NCBI GenBank assembly: GCA_009103225.1
Contig: RHPI01001618.1
Location: 1-32,179 of the forward strand
Length of the DNA stretch: 32,179 nucleotides
Direction: 5' to 3'
DNA from: Chlorokybus atmophyticus
Lineage: Eukaryota > Plantae > Mesostigma and Chlorokybus algae
Within the stretch, counting starts at the first letter, position 1. Each line of letters opens with the position of its first letter. Of the stretch, positions 8,319-22,500 are shown one piece after another. A program made the position numbers and the translations under genes. The notes under the pieces are model-generated. The model saw nothing but the letters and a program-made list of their open reading frames with translations, was not told the DNA's origin and ran no database searches.

Positions 8319-9632
8319 GCAATGGCTGCCAGAGTGCAGCAGCTCATGTACAGATGCGTCAAGGGAGGAGGAACTGATTGTGCAGCCTCAAGCTGCATTT
8401 TTGGTGGAAGTCTATGCACGCAAGTGCATACAGCAACAGCATTGCTTTTTTACGAGGGCACGACCTTTGCCAAGCACTGTCTTCAGGTGGCAACTGCGGC
8501 CGCGAAAATATGCCGCGTTGCATCTACTGTACTAGTACACATGCATTAGGTAGCGTGCGTTTGGTGTCATAAGCAGGCTGTCTGCTCCTAGCTTTGACCT
8601 TGCCTTGCAACATGCTTAACATGCAGCAGTGGGTTTGAAAAATCTGAGCAGCTTGCATGCCAATGTCTCTATTGTGTGCTGAGTTCGGCATGCATATTTC
8701 CTCTTTGCAGCTGGATCTGTGACGGTACAAAAATACCAGTTCAAACTGGCCGCGGAACGTGGTTGGTTCGAAATTTAGTTGACAGGTGCGCAAGTGGGTG
8801 CTCGCGTCATCGTCAAAGTCTCTTTTGCTTCAGCCATGCACTAGCGCAGTACAGGGTGACATGCATACAGAACATTCAAACACAATTGCAGCGTGCACAT
8901 GAATGCTTTGCATGTGTATCACACGCTGTGGGTTGAGTATCTGGGTCGTTTGCTTTCCTTGTGAGTCATCACTTATGCTGATGCTGATGCTGAAGTAGAG
9001 TGGCATACACGTCCACAATATGCACACTTGCACCCACACGCAATGCATGTTTTACCACTGGTCTGCCACATCGTGGCTTTGCTTTTCCTGTTTCGCCCCA
9101 CGGAGGAGGCGGATGTTGCACTAGCAGGGACGACTGCTGGCACCCGTTAGTAGCCTAGTTGCTGTGATTGCTGCTGTGCATGTGGGTTGTGGCTAGGTAC
9201 GGACATGGTGTACGTTGTGCTCGCGTTTTGTTAACGCCAATAGTGTTTGATGATTTCCTGTACACCTACATGCTAACTAATTCCACATGACCTGTTTTTT
9301 ACCACCACCCCAGCCCATCAGTCATGCATAGGGTATGAGTAGCATATTGCACACATGCAGTCTGTGCACACACGACCAACAACAGTAACACTCAAGCGAA
9401 CAAGCAAAGCAACAAACTTACATTACACCCACGCCATCACACTACTCTATGCTAAGTGACCTATGTGCAATGCAATGCCGTTGGTGAAGCAGACAGTAGT
9501 AGCAGCAGCAAACACCAACCAACCAACCTGAGTGCACAAGTGCGGCAACAGTTATCGTGGTAGTAGAGGCTTGGCGGAGACGAACAGCAAGCACGTGTGT
9601 TGTGGCATGTGTGGTGCTGTGCTGTGCTCTAC

Positions 9633-9656
9633 GCATGCATGCATGCATGCATGCAT
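9633..9656. repeat. (GCAT)6 microsatellite, self-complementary
   Basis: Six tandem GCAT units read directly. Confidence 0.9.
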
Positions 9657-10570
9657 GGAGCCTATTGATAAATGCATAGGCAATGACAGTGCAGAGACCA
9701 TATAGCTCTAGCATACAAACAAGCAGATACAACCAAGCAACCGATGCAGTGGTAACACAGTGCAAGTTAGTGTCAGTGGCCTAGCTATAGCAGGCAACAA
9801 GAGCAAAGTAACAATCAGCAGCAACGAGCAAGTGCATGTGTACTGCGTGATTGCTATTCTGACAATGTCATGTTCATAATGTACACTGTGGTTGGCCAAT
9901 CTACAGGATATGTACAAGCTGCCAGAATGACCTTACAGTACTGCCCACGTGATAGCGCTTTTCTGAACTGGAAGAGAAGGGAGGACAGCGTCTCATGTTG
10001 TGGGCAGTAGGTTGCGGGGATTGGATTAGTTGGCATGGCAATAACATTCAGAAGAACTTGCACGGGGCCGGGCGCAACGTCAATTCCGTGCTGGTACATT
10101 GCAATGCACACGTGTGAATACCACCTTCAATTCCTCGTACACGGTTGTATGCACTGTCCACACCAAGTCGTGCTAAAAATGATGGTTATCAAGTATATTG
10201 AAGTCCAAAGCACTACTCTATGCATGCTGTAGATGCTCAGCATGTGGGCAGAGGGGTCCGGGCACAGTACCAAGTTAGCTGAATCATGTAGAACCCAACC
10301 ACCTGAGCTGACATCCATGCTATGCGCACGTGTGAATATGACCTATACCCTACGCGAGCACGCCTTCATGCCACCGCCACCCAACAAAATGGTCAACAGG
10401 CAAGCAGGCCTTGCCTGCATTTGTCGTTGTCGGCGCATACATTACCAATTTATGGACACGAATCTACAACTGCCTGGTGTCAACGCTACATTGACAACTG
10501 TCACTTACATACTAGCAAAAAAGCCCTCATCCTCCGCAGGTCCCTTGAACATGTTGACTAACAAAAGCAA

Positions 10571-13500
10571 TTACCCTTTGTACCGTTTGTGTTCGGCAAT
10601 CTTGCGCTTGCGGCTTGCATGCTTGTGCACATTCTTCTTTAGCTTCTTGCGTGCATGCTTCTCGGGATCAACCAATGCTTCAATTGCGAGTGCCCGCTTG
10701 CGACTGTCTTTCTGACTCCTTAGTCGTTGCCTCACTGCATTGTATCGCTCAACAAAGGTGGTCACGCCGAAAACCTCCTGCAGATGAGGCGTTACCTCCT
10801 CTGCTAGCGCCTTCAGGTCATCTGCGAGGTCACAAGCTGCTCTCATTCTCTGCTCTCCGCATCACGACAAACACATCTCACACACCACTGGTGGGCAGCA
10901 TGCAACAATGGCTTCAGCAGTAGCTATGCAATGATATGCCCTTAAGACCCAGCCCACATGGCGCCATAAGCAAAACCCAGTGCAGTAATGGACTGTTGTG
11001 CTCACCTGAGACAACCTGGCCGGAGGGAGGCTCCCTTACTCTGATCAGCGGCAACACCATTTCAGGCAGGAATGGCTGCGTCACTTTTGGACTCAGCTTG
11101 CTGGTCACAGCAGCAAACCACCGCAATACACTTTGGCGCTGAGTCACAGCGAGCAGGTTCAGAGCATTGTTTCACGGAGTCATGCAAACAACGAAGAACA
11201 GGAGAACACTGTCAGATACCTAAGCCGTAGCACTTGCAAGGAATTTTGTGTTCACATACCTGAACTTCTCCTGGTTTCGTTGCCAGTTTTGACAACCGCA
11301 CAAACAGCCACTCAAGTGGGCTTCGTGATGATCGAGCGCTACCATTTGCTTCACGGTCGTCACCGACTTCCTCATCAATGTCCTCATCACTGCCTTCATC
11401 CGCTGATGACGCGCCCGCATGATTGACATCTTCCGCACGTGCATGCCCATTGGACACGCCGTGTGATGAGGGCAATGTAGCCAAAACGGTAGCAACAAAC
11501 AGCAAGTTCTTGACGATTTGATCAGCGAACTTGGCATCGACATGTTCATTGCTCAGCTGCTCGCACAAAGCCCGAGATATGTGTCGCATCTCAATGGACT
11601 CGAGAGAGCCGGACAGAAGCTGATCAATGGTAACATCCGCCGCAAACAGCAAGCCGAGTAGCCTTGTGGAAGCTCTTCGCACCCACGCATGACGGTGAAG
11701 CAACAGCTCTACAGTAGGACGCCATATCCCCTAAGAAACACGCAGTGTGTCAAAGGCGTGCATTAGGGTGACACCCAAGCAATGTGTATATGTATGTGTA
11801 TATATGAGTGTGTACAAGTGTACATGTAGCGCCAAACTTACTTGCCACTCAGGAGAACTCAACAGGTTGGGCAGGCACTGCAGCAGGCGTTCGAGGCAAG
11901 TGAGCGTGTAGTAGGCCTCCTGCCAGCTGGCGAAGGTTGCCGCGCCGGCCACATCGGCGTCCACCACAGCAGCTCCAGCATCAAACTCCCCGGCCGCACG
12001 CGTCAAGACCGCCAGCATCAGAGGCAAGACCTCTGCTCGCCGGTTTTCCAGCAACTTGCCGTTGCTGATTTGCACCACCAGACCCAACACCTGGCAGGGT
12101 GCAGGCATGCGTACAATGGTCGTGTATAGAAACTGAATGACTCAGTCAATCAAAGCGAATGGATTGGCACAGCTGCAATCACGCACACAACCACTAACAC
12201 ACCCACCTGTATGGCAGCCCGCCGCAGCTGAGCGTCGTTTCCACCATACCATTTGATGGCATAGTCAAGGAACTGCTGGCGGTGGTTGGGAGAGACGCGG
12301 TTCATTAGTAGGCGCATGACGGTCGCGAGCATAGCACGGCATGTGGCGTTTTCGTCGTTCACGAGCCTCGACACCAGCGGAAGGAAGAAGAACTCCGCCT
12401 GCTCGTCGAGAAGAACTTGCGGGAATTTGCTGACGAGCAGATGAAGCATCTCCAGCGCAGCCTCACGCCCCGTGCTGTGCTCGTACATTAGATTGGTCAC
12501 TATGAACTCCAGATGATGCTGCAGCCTTCTAGGGCCCAAAGGATAGTCAAGCAGAAACTGCAGCAGCACCTGCACATGCACCATTTCTTTGTCACACAAA
12601 GCCCATCTTCCAACAATATACTTGCTGAAGAGTGACATGCAGAGGTAGTACCAGCTGTATCATTTAATGCATGCCAGCTGCACCTGAGAGCAGAGGTGCC
12701 TGACAGGAGCAGCCTGACTGCGAACCATGAGCGCAGACACCTTATTCATCAAGTCATAGAGCTCGGGCACAACCAGGCGGCGAGTGACAATGGCTTTGAG
12801 CAGAGCAAATGTCGTGCTTTGCGTGTTGGGATCCTCAATGTCCGTGAAGGCAAAGTTGAGTATGTGCTTCAGCTGCGTATCGCTCACAAGTTCGCTTCGC
12901 TGGCTGTGTCTCAGCAGAGTGGTTAGCAACTTCAAACAGTCCTGAACCAGGGGCGCGGTGTTGCTGCCCGACCGATGGAGGATGTCAAACACGTGTTGCG
13001 TGATGTCGGATGCGCACGCGTCCATTGATGGTAGAGGCATGCGGAGGAGAAGGCAAAGGTTCTTCAGCGACATCGACAGCACTGCCGTCTCACGGGACAT
13101 CAGCGCGCGGGACAACAATGGCACCATCGGGTCCAATAAGGAATGCGTCTCAGTAGCGCTCTCTCCAGTCAGTCCCTTCTTCATCGATGTGTATAACACC
13201 TTCAACCATGGCAAGTGTAAGGTTATACCCATAAGGAACCAAAATGCAAACACTGTACGGGTATAGCTCTCAGTGTGCGTGCTTATGGGCTTACCTGCAG
13301 AGCGAATACAACCAGCACGTTGGTGTTGAGCATAGGTAAAAGGGTGTCCTGCAGGACTTTATCCTGGTTACTCTGCTGCTGGTTCCTGCTGTCCCCATCT
13401 GGGCGCCTACGAAGTTGCTCCAGCTGCAAACCATCGTTCACTGTAGAGTGTATGAAAACCAGCAGCTCTGCTGGCTTGAGCCCCGCGTGTGTCTGGAGAC

Positions 13501-16500
13501 CGCGAGCAATGTGACGCAACATCTCGTCCACTCTGTCACGAATCTTCCTTGTGCCTGGGTTCAAAGCAGGTGTCAATCTCATGCACACGAAAGCGAGGTG
13601 AGGTTGCATGCATTGCTGAGGAGAGGCTCTTGTACAAGTGGTTGTGCGCACAAATCTTACTCTGTGTTGAGTCTAGATGTTCTTTAATGGGCCGCAGAAG
13701 CACTCCGAAATGCGTCTTGAAGGTTGTGACTCGCGTGACAAGCTCGAATGACTCAAAAGACCGACACCGCTTGGTCTCTTTCATTTTGGCAGCAATTGCA
13801 TCCACCTCTCGTTCCTACAAGTGGAGAGCAACCATCAACAGTCGAGGAAAAGGTGACCAACCATGAAAACTTTGTAAACATGGACAGTGTTGGGACACCT
13901 GCTGATGATGTAAATTCCAAGCATTTGCAACAAGCACAACAGACACAAACACAAGCTACAGACCTCAGCTGCGCTTCCCATGATGTCGGACATGAGCATA
14001 TCCACAATGTCTGAGAGGCAATAGTCGATTGCACCGGACTCCATGGCAGGAATGGACTTGGACAGTACCGCATGCAGGGTGTAACCCAGCACATGCACCT
14101 GCCATAGAACGTGCATGGTATCTGTGTTTCTGCTCTCTTGACAGGCCCACAGGTAAGTACGCACGGTGCAAGACACGCACCTGATACCCTTGCGTGAGGC
14201 TCGACTTCAACACATCCACCAGGTAATGAAGGTATGGAGCGCCTAGCTCAGTCGCCATTGATGCCAATGTCTCCCGTGCAGTGTCGCGGATGCTCTGTGA
14301 CCAGCACTCAATGTGAATATGTGTTTCAACAAGAACTACAGCAAAACCTGCTCAAAGCCACACATGCTCGTAATATGTCAATGTTGCGTATGTGCACCTG
14401 CATCCTGCTCTTCATCAGATTAGTGACAGTCTGCAACACGCCCGGCAGCTCAGCTTGCATGGCAGCTTCAGGAAGCAGCTTGAGCACTTTAACTGTCGCC
14501 AGCGCGATTGGCACACGGACACCAGTGCCCTGTTCTCCCTCTTCCAACACATACTTTTTCAACTCGGGGAAGAGTTTGGACTTCAAGGCAGCCGTGATGT
14601 AATCTGGTACTACCACTTCGGGTCCTTCATCCTCGTGGTGTCGCGTCTCATTGACATTATCAGTGGTCGCCACGTCGTGCATATCCACGTCTTCTTTGGC
14701 GTTCTCATTGAAATGAAAGGCATCCAGCAAGGCACAGATGGCCCGAACCAACACTTTCTGACTGGCGGCTTTCTCAGGTAGGTACCGTAGATAACGCATG
14801 AGCAATGAGAAGTACAATCCCCAAGGCAGCTGTAAGGCGATGGCTGCTAGAGCGCGCACGGCTTCATCCATCAAGTTCCCATCTTTGGCGCTCTTGGCAT
14901 CCGTCAGCACATGACCAATCATCGGTACAAACAGCGTGTTCAGGAGGGTAGGTGAGATGGATGACGCTAGCGAGCGCAGCTTCGCAAGGGCACGTATGCG
15001 GCGATGGGTCTGCAAATGCACGATGTTGCTAAAGAAGGCCTGCTCCGGATCTAATGACAGCAAACACTGAAGTTCTGCCATGAAGGTTGGGAAAGCTTTC
15101 ACGATGTCATGCAGCAACCCGACAGCCTCTTGACGAACAGAAAAGTCCTGCCATATACAAAGCCCACATTGACTTTGGTTACACACAATGCGAGTGACAG
15201 CAGTACCACACAACACCATTGTTGCCTCACCTCAGCACTACTAATTGCCAGTGTGATTTGTGGGTACAGCAGTTTGGGAACCAGAGAGCGCACATCGTCA
15301 GGTGCTTGCATGGCATACTCAATAAACAGCCGCAAAGCCTGGGATGCACTCGTGCGCAGGGACAAGTCTGGAGAGTGCAAATCTCTCAGCGCATGGCCCA
15401 GCAGCGGCCGCATACCAGGCACGGATATGCCCGTGTAGTAAGCAGCGTTCATGCGAGCATAAGCCACCATTCGCCTATCATAATCGGGCTCGTCCACCTC
15501 CACTGTCGACCATGCATTTAGGTCTTGCAGCTGCTTTGCCTGTGTAGTAATGTTCCAAAGTAAGCCCGACAGGTTACAAAAGAGACAGCCATGGCAAGAA
15601 ACAGAAGCTGGCATTCAAGCTTGCTACTCATGCAACAAGACAGCAACCGGCCATCAACAAGACTGCCAGCTTGTGTGTTCATGCCAACAACATGCATACA
15701 CGAGGGCACTTACCACTTGCAATGTGGACGGGTCTGGCTGTGACAGCGCCTCGTAGGCGTCACACAGGGCAGTTCGAGCGTCCCGCGTAGAAAGAGTTGC
15801 GAAGAGTGGGGACAGCCTGGGGGCATACTTGAGCGAATCAGGCAGCATGCTGCCGATGCTGCTGATAACGCGGAGAACCTCAACACAGGTACCTGCAGTG
15901 TTGAGTAGTAAGTGTTTTACAATACCCGGTACACGACCACAACAATATGTGAGCGAGTACAACCACTACAAAGACCATGTAGGTGAAAGCAACAAGCACC
16001 TTGCCGCAAGTGCGCTTTGGATTGCAGGAAGGGCAACAGAGTGTCCAGCATTTGGTTTGCCGTTGCGCTGTCTTCGATGAACGGTGCCAACCGTACGCAT
16101 ACTGACAACGCTCTCTTGACTGCCTTCATGGCCTTGCCCTTGCTGCAATCACAAGCAGAGACTATGAACCAAGTCCAGCACCACCACAACAACCCACAGT
16201 TTGCGGGCTGAGAAAGGACCCTAAAGCGCTGAGGCTATGCTGCACTGGCAGATTCAGGAATGCGTAGTTGTTGATGGGCAACAAGCACTGATCAGATTCG
16301 CCTTTGCGGAATCATTGGCATAGAGCCTCATCCGAAAGATGGTGTAAAGTTGTATATCATCATCTCAGTGCCTCTCCATAGCCAGTTAGTTAAAGCAAGC
16401 ACAGGCCCTTCCAATAAACCTGATATGTACGCAGGCAAGTTGACCGGTGCAGGACGAAAGGCCCTTACCTTGAATGATCCAATCGTCTGGCTAACAGCTG

Positions 16501-19500
16501 GCCAACATGTTGCAGTAACAGGCACAGATGCGGCGACAACACCAGGTTAATGAAGTGTTGGCCCGTCTCTTCGTTCTCCGTGTCCAGGACATTGAGCACA
16601 ATCTGCAAAGCGATAACGTTAGCATGCAAAAACAACAACCACAACATGCGTGCAACAGACATTTCAAGAATATAATACCGAAATCACGGAGGCCTCAACA
16701 GCAGGTGTCAGACTCTTGGCCGACAACAACGTAACAAGAGCTGGCATCAGCGTTGCATCCCTTGCAAGCAGTGGTATGAGCTCTGTGTGCTGGCTCATGG
16801 CAACAAAGCACTCAAGGAGGTTACTGGGCCTGTCCCCAGCGGCATCCGATATCAGGCGGGCGACAGCTGGACGCACGGCAAGGAAGAACACGTCCCACGC
16901 AGTGGAGGGGATGTTGTGGGTAGGATGCTTTGCAACGACGCTGTGCATGAAGCGCAGCGCTAGCCCGCGAACCTCCTTGCCCAGCTCATTGCTGGCGTTG
17001 CTGGCATTGTCCTCGAACGCCAGCTGTATCAGGCGCAGCACGAAAGCGATGAGGGCGTTGAGATATGGCAACACGTGCCAGCGCAGTGTTGAGACAGCAT
17101 CCAGCGCAACGTGAAGAAAGCCCACAACTTGTTTTGGCGTAACATTTTGCAACGCATCAAGGTCTATGGCAGACAGCGCGGCGTCCAAGTCAGACAACGA
17201 TGACAGCCAGTCTGGTTGCGTAGCAAATGTTTGCATGGCTATTAAAGGAGCGATGATCAAACTGAATAGTGGAGCCAGTTCATGCGGCTCTAGATGCGAG
17301 AGATATATAAGGGCCGCCTTCCTTGAAATACCTGCAGCCGACTGCACAGCAATATAATTAGACAAACAGGAGCATGTATGTAGTGTACTACACAAGTCTG
17401 CAAACCAACACGCACCCTGCCAGCCACTTTGCCACTCTTCTTGCGTAGTTTCGGAAACATGATGCGCACAATGTGCGGCATGAGCATGCTGCGATCCTTG
17501 GGTTGTACACCTCCAGCATTAACGCTGAGATTCCACCTGTTGAAGAGAGCAAGTCAGAGAGTCTTAGGCAAAAAAGGGAGATATGCGCTGAAACTAACAA
17601 GATGGACAACAACAGCAACGCTTCCAACCAGCAATGCGTCCAACCTGGCCATCTCCTCGCGTGCGGTCTTGTAGTTGATCAGGCGCTCCAATTGTTCAGA
17701 GTAACGCAAAAGAGAAGCGTCCTTGTGATTGTTTAATGAGGCAAGCGTCAACTGTTGGACTTCTGGATCCATGTCCATAAGAAACCTGTGCATAACAAGA
17801 TTGCAGGCATGTAATCACACATGCGCAGCAACAGCTGTGAGCGTACGTACATGACGTTTCCAACAGCAGCATGCTCTCCGACATATTACATGAATATTAT
17901 ATGGATACATTGCTTACCGCTCGAAAAGGATGCGCCTCAGTTCTTCTGATCGATACAAAGCTTTGGCGTTCTTCATTGCCGCGACCACCTTGAGCCACTG
18001 CTTGGCCAGCGCTCGCCATGTTTTCCCGCCCCTTGAAGTGCCCTGGTCTTTGCTAATGCCGCTGCCAGGCACCTCATTCCAATCGCTCACAAACTCTAAA
18101 AACAGAGGAACAACCTGCAAAGCACAGCAACCCTGAGCCAACCATCTCCACACTCGCACATCATGCAGGTGTAAGCGTGTACCTGTCTTGAGTGTCGCTC
18201 AGCAGTGGTAGGCAGCTGCTGTAACGCTTTAAGCAACTGTTCAAACACTGTTGTGAAATTCGTGCTGTCACCCGCAGTATCAGCCTGTACAGCAGCTTGG
18301 AATAAATCAGGCAGGCTTCGCGCAGGACCCTCAGTGTCATCGCTACGAGGTGCTACTGATTGCATCACTGAAAAATCTGCATCAACCAGAGCACGCATCA
18401 GCAAGCGTGTTGAACTGCACGGATTATTCTCACGAGCTGTAGCAATGCACCACCAAACACCAAAACTTCACTAACCGGCATTGAGCACTTGATCTTGGTA
18501 CGCTGTGAGTTGCTGCAGCAGCAAGGGCCACAGCACCACATCATGCGACTCTGCCAGTGCAACCATGACAGCACGAGCAGCATCCCAAACATGGCTGAAC
18601 CTGTGAACACGAAACAGAGTATCAGCAACATCCCAGGCCCTGCATGGGGCTCGCACGTGTTTCGCAATGCATAGCAAGGCTGGCTTCAATTGCAACCATG
18701 CTGTTTGTACTTCCAATGACAAAACGACACAAGCAACATGCACTGTCAGCTACAGGAAGAGCTCTGGCACATTACCTGATGTGGAAGCTGCCAAGCGCTG
18801 AGTGTGCAACTGCCGGCAATAGGAACTCAGGCAACCTATTGTGCTGCACTGCCGCAGCCATGCGCCGCACAACAAGGGTTGACTGGTTCCATTGTTCCAT
18901 GTGCATGGGCGTCTCTTCAACTTGCTTCCACTGATGCAAAACCTGCTCAACCAACAAGTGCATGCTTATGTATATGCAAGCAACTGACGGCCAAGGCCAC
19001 TACGCACAAGCCATGCAAACTTACCTCTGTTTCGCTGCTGTCTGCTTTGCCGAAATGGCACAAAATCTGCAGTGTCAGCAACCTCATGTCCTTATTGGGT
19101 GAAGACAAGTTGGGTGCAAGACACGGGAGCACGTCCAACAGCACCTCTTTGGTAAAGGGGGACTCTGCCCCTTGAGGCAGCATCCTAGATAGACACAAGG
19201 AAAGCAACTTGGTTAACTGCACAATAACGTAAGCAACAGACATACTGGAGACACTATATATGATGTGAATACCTGGCAGTGGTGCTGAAATACTGTGCCA
19301 CAGCAGACAGCATGGGTACAGATTTTGCATGGGTTTTCAACAGCTCCAGCATGCTCGCAACACTAGGCAGCATGTCTGGAGATGCTCGAGGCAGCAAAGC
19401 TGCAATTGCTGAGTGCACGGCACCATACAATGCGGCAACTTCGCTTGCAACTCCTGCAGACGCAAGTAAGCAGCTGTGTGTGCGTCTTTTCCACGCAGCA

Positions 19501-22500
19501 TACATGATGCACATCATCTATCTCTCATCAAGGGTGAGAACGCATGTGCACATACCAGCCCCAGCTTGCTCAATGGACGCCAAACGGTCAGCGCATTTGT
19601 GAAGAATGGGAAGGACATCCATTGGTACAGTCACCGCATATGGCAAGCAAAAGAACAACGCATACAGCTTTGGGAAGGCCGTCCTATCAAGGCTAGCTGC
19701 TGCAGATGCTTCTGCTGTCGTGGATGTAATGAGCGCTGACAAGCCCCTGTATCGATGCACAGGCAGCAGCTTGGGGTTGCTTCCGCCAGCATCAAGGCGC
19801 ATTCGTAGTTCCAACAGCATAGAGAGGCTTTGCTCGGGGTGTGTATCGATGTTTCGATCCAGCGCGCTGCACGGCACTCACGGGTGGGTACTATCAACTG
19901 AAACAACAACTGTTGCTAGCAGCAGATGAATGCTCTCACCTCAAGATGTGGTTCACGAACAGCCTGACCACGGCCTCATCATCAGCTACAAGGCTTCTCA
20001 TGAATGCTTCAAGTCTGCATACACCAACTACATAAGCACGGAACAAAGCACAACAACAACCAAGGAACATGGACCACAAGGGATTTCACACTCCAGCATG
20101 CGGACTGTGAAAGCCACAAACTGTACGCATACAGCAGGCGGTAACGGCTGAGCGCACCCACGCACCCACGCGCGCATGCATGCATGTGCCCAGACAAATG
20201 CTTGCATTATTGACTTACATATCGATGGGCAATTCAAAAGCTGGAAGCCAGGATGGTGCTGCGTTTGCAATGGCGGACAAGCCAGTGCTGGCTCCTGCCT
20301 CCCTGTGATGGTTGTTGATGAGAGTCTGCAGCAGCCTGAGGGTCTGTGCCCCGAGCCTTGCATCACCCTCCAAAAGTGAAGCCCGTAGTGAAGGCTGAAG
20401 CAGCTTGCGCGACAGCTGGAAAAACGGCGAATAGTCTGCGGTAAGACCAAGTCCGCAAGTCATAACGACATTGCAAGATTACAACGCTTGCAAACTCCAG
20501 ACTTTGTACATGCCACTACCATCTTTCACTTTGAGATTCTAACAATGCGCAACATTGCTTGCTTACCCGCGACGCGAGTGCCAGATCTGTACTCGAGCAT
20601 GGCATTAACAAGGGATACAGCACGAGCAGCATTGGCACAACAGGCCGCTCTCTGAGGCTGCGCTTCCAAAGCTGCCAGGCGTTCATTGGCAAACCGCATA
20701 AAGACATCCCAAAGCGGCTGTGCTGTCTCCCTGCGAATGTGCTCGCACAAGCGCACGACAGCGTTCGACAGCACCTGTGTTGTGAGCTGTGCAGCCGCAG
20801 CTGTAAAGGAGGTACACATGTTTAGATGTATGCATGCTGACCCTTGCAGCGCGTGACATGCATACACACGACAGCAAAAGGCCTGATTGACGTCAACTTT
20901 CACAGTTGAGAAATAACAGCAGTGCATGGCGAACCTTTTGTGGGAGATGTGTCACTTTCTGCAGGCTCTGCAACATCTGTTTCGGGCGCGTGTTGAACCA
21001 TGGCCTTTGTGGCCATATGCATCATGCAATCCATCCTGGACTGGAAGCCATGTGCAATGCCCTACAACCGAGGTGTCAGGCCCTGTTGAGAGAACCAGTT
21101 TGAAGCCTGATTGCTGTCACACCAGTGGACGCAACGAATGCTTATAGATAACCTTCACAGACTCTGCCACCAGCGCGCCAGCTCCATCCACGCGTTCCTC
21201 GGAGCTGTTAGCCTGAACCTCCCTCATCAAGACTGCAAAGCCTGTGACACATATCATAGTCAATCGCGAGCTAGCTCAATCTAATAACCTGTTTACAAGC
21301 ATTAAATGCAGCAGCCTAGCACACAAGCACATGCTCTGCTGTTGCAGTTGAATGCACCTTTCTCCAGCGACCGAGTCGGTGCCTGGCGAAACAGATACGC
21401 CACAGCTTCTGCGGCAAAGTCTCGCACCCATGGCCGTTTGTGATGGCGCAAGCGTGCTGTGTGCCTGCAATGGCCATGTTGTTTCTGACGAATAACATGA
21501 CCTATTGTTGCCATACATATACAGCTGGGCCTCACGTGAACGTGAAGCCCCGCAAGATAAGCTTGGTGCGCACGTCGCTTACCTGAGCACTTGAGGCAAC
21601 TCTGCACAGAGGTGCTTCATCAGGTGCTTGAATACATAGGAGATTGATGTAAACGTCTGCAACGCAGGTGTCATGACTGTCATTGTGCAAAAGCTGCCTC
21701 ACAACGCAGTATATAACCACCGCACAAGCCTACCAGCTCCAACACTTCCGTCTGGTGCTCTCCACCGGTTTGCAGCAGTGCAGAGGATGCTTTGATGAAG
21801 GGCCCCACATGCCTGCACACACCAACGCAATCACAGTCAGCGTGGTTTGTGCGTGTCTGCAGGCAGCATGCAAACCAACAAGACAGCACTTACGGCAGGA
21901 AGTCCCGCTGAAGATCTCGTGCCAATGAAGCAACCAAACTGCATAAACGAGGGATGCCTTAGATTGGTCCCACCAACACAAGTGAACGAGCCAGTGTTGC
22001 ACATAGCAGTCACAATTCAACGCCAAGCAGAAACCAGTCATGGGCTCACCTGAGAACCGGCTCCAGCGACAAGAAGGCTTCCAACGTCATGCGCTTGAGC
22101 AGCGAGGAGACAATGGATTTGCTGTGATGAACGAGCTGCGGCAGGCTTTGAGCATGCGGCAGCACCTCCACATACAACTCGTTGAAGTCTTTTGCACTGT
22201 TCAACTCCTAAGCGTCGCGGCGAGCGGTATCAATCAGCATGTGGCGTGCTACATAACATGGAAACATGGCAATCACAGCTGCTCACCCTCCATTGCAGTA
22301 AGTTCTCCAAGAAGAAGGTGGATGCGCCAGTTGGTTGCAAGGAGATTGGCGCGAGGCTGCGAAACACGTCGACTTCAACACCTGCCAATCTCTGTGCGAA
22401 GCTCTTGTACTGCACACAGGACACAAAGAAGCAAGTTTGTATGTGTACACAAGCAACGATTTGAAGTGCACGACGCACTGTAGACATACTAACAACACTG

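Noticed and set aside
10505-10509. TGTAA (minus strand) about 60 nt after the UTP20 stop as a chlorophyte-type poly(A) signal
   Set aside because: A single 5-mer is too common, and I found no counterpart downstream of eIF1.
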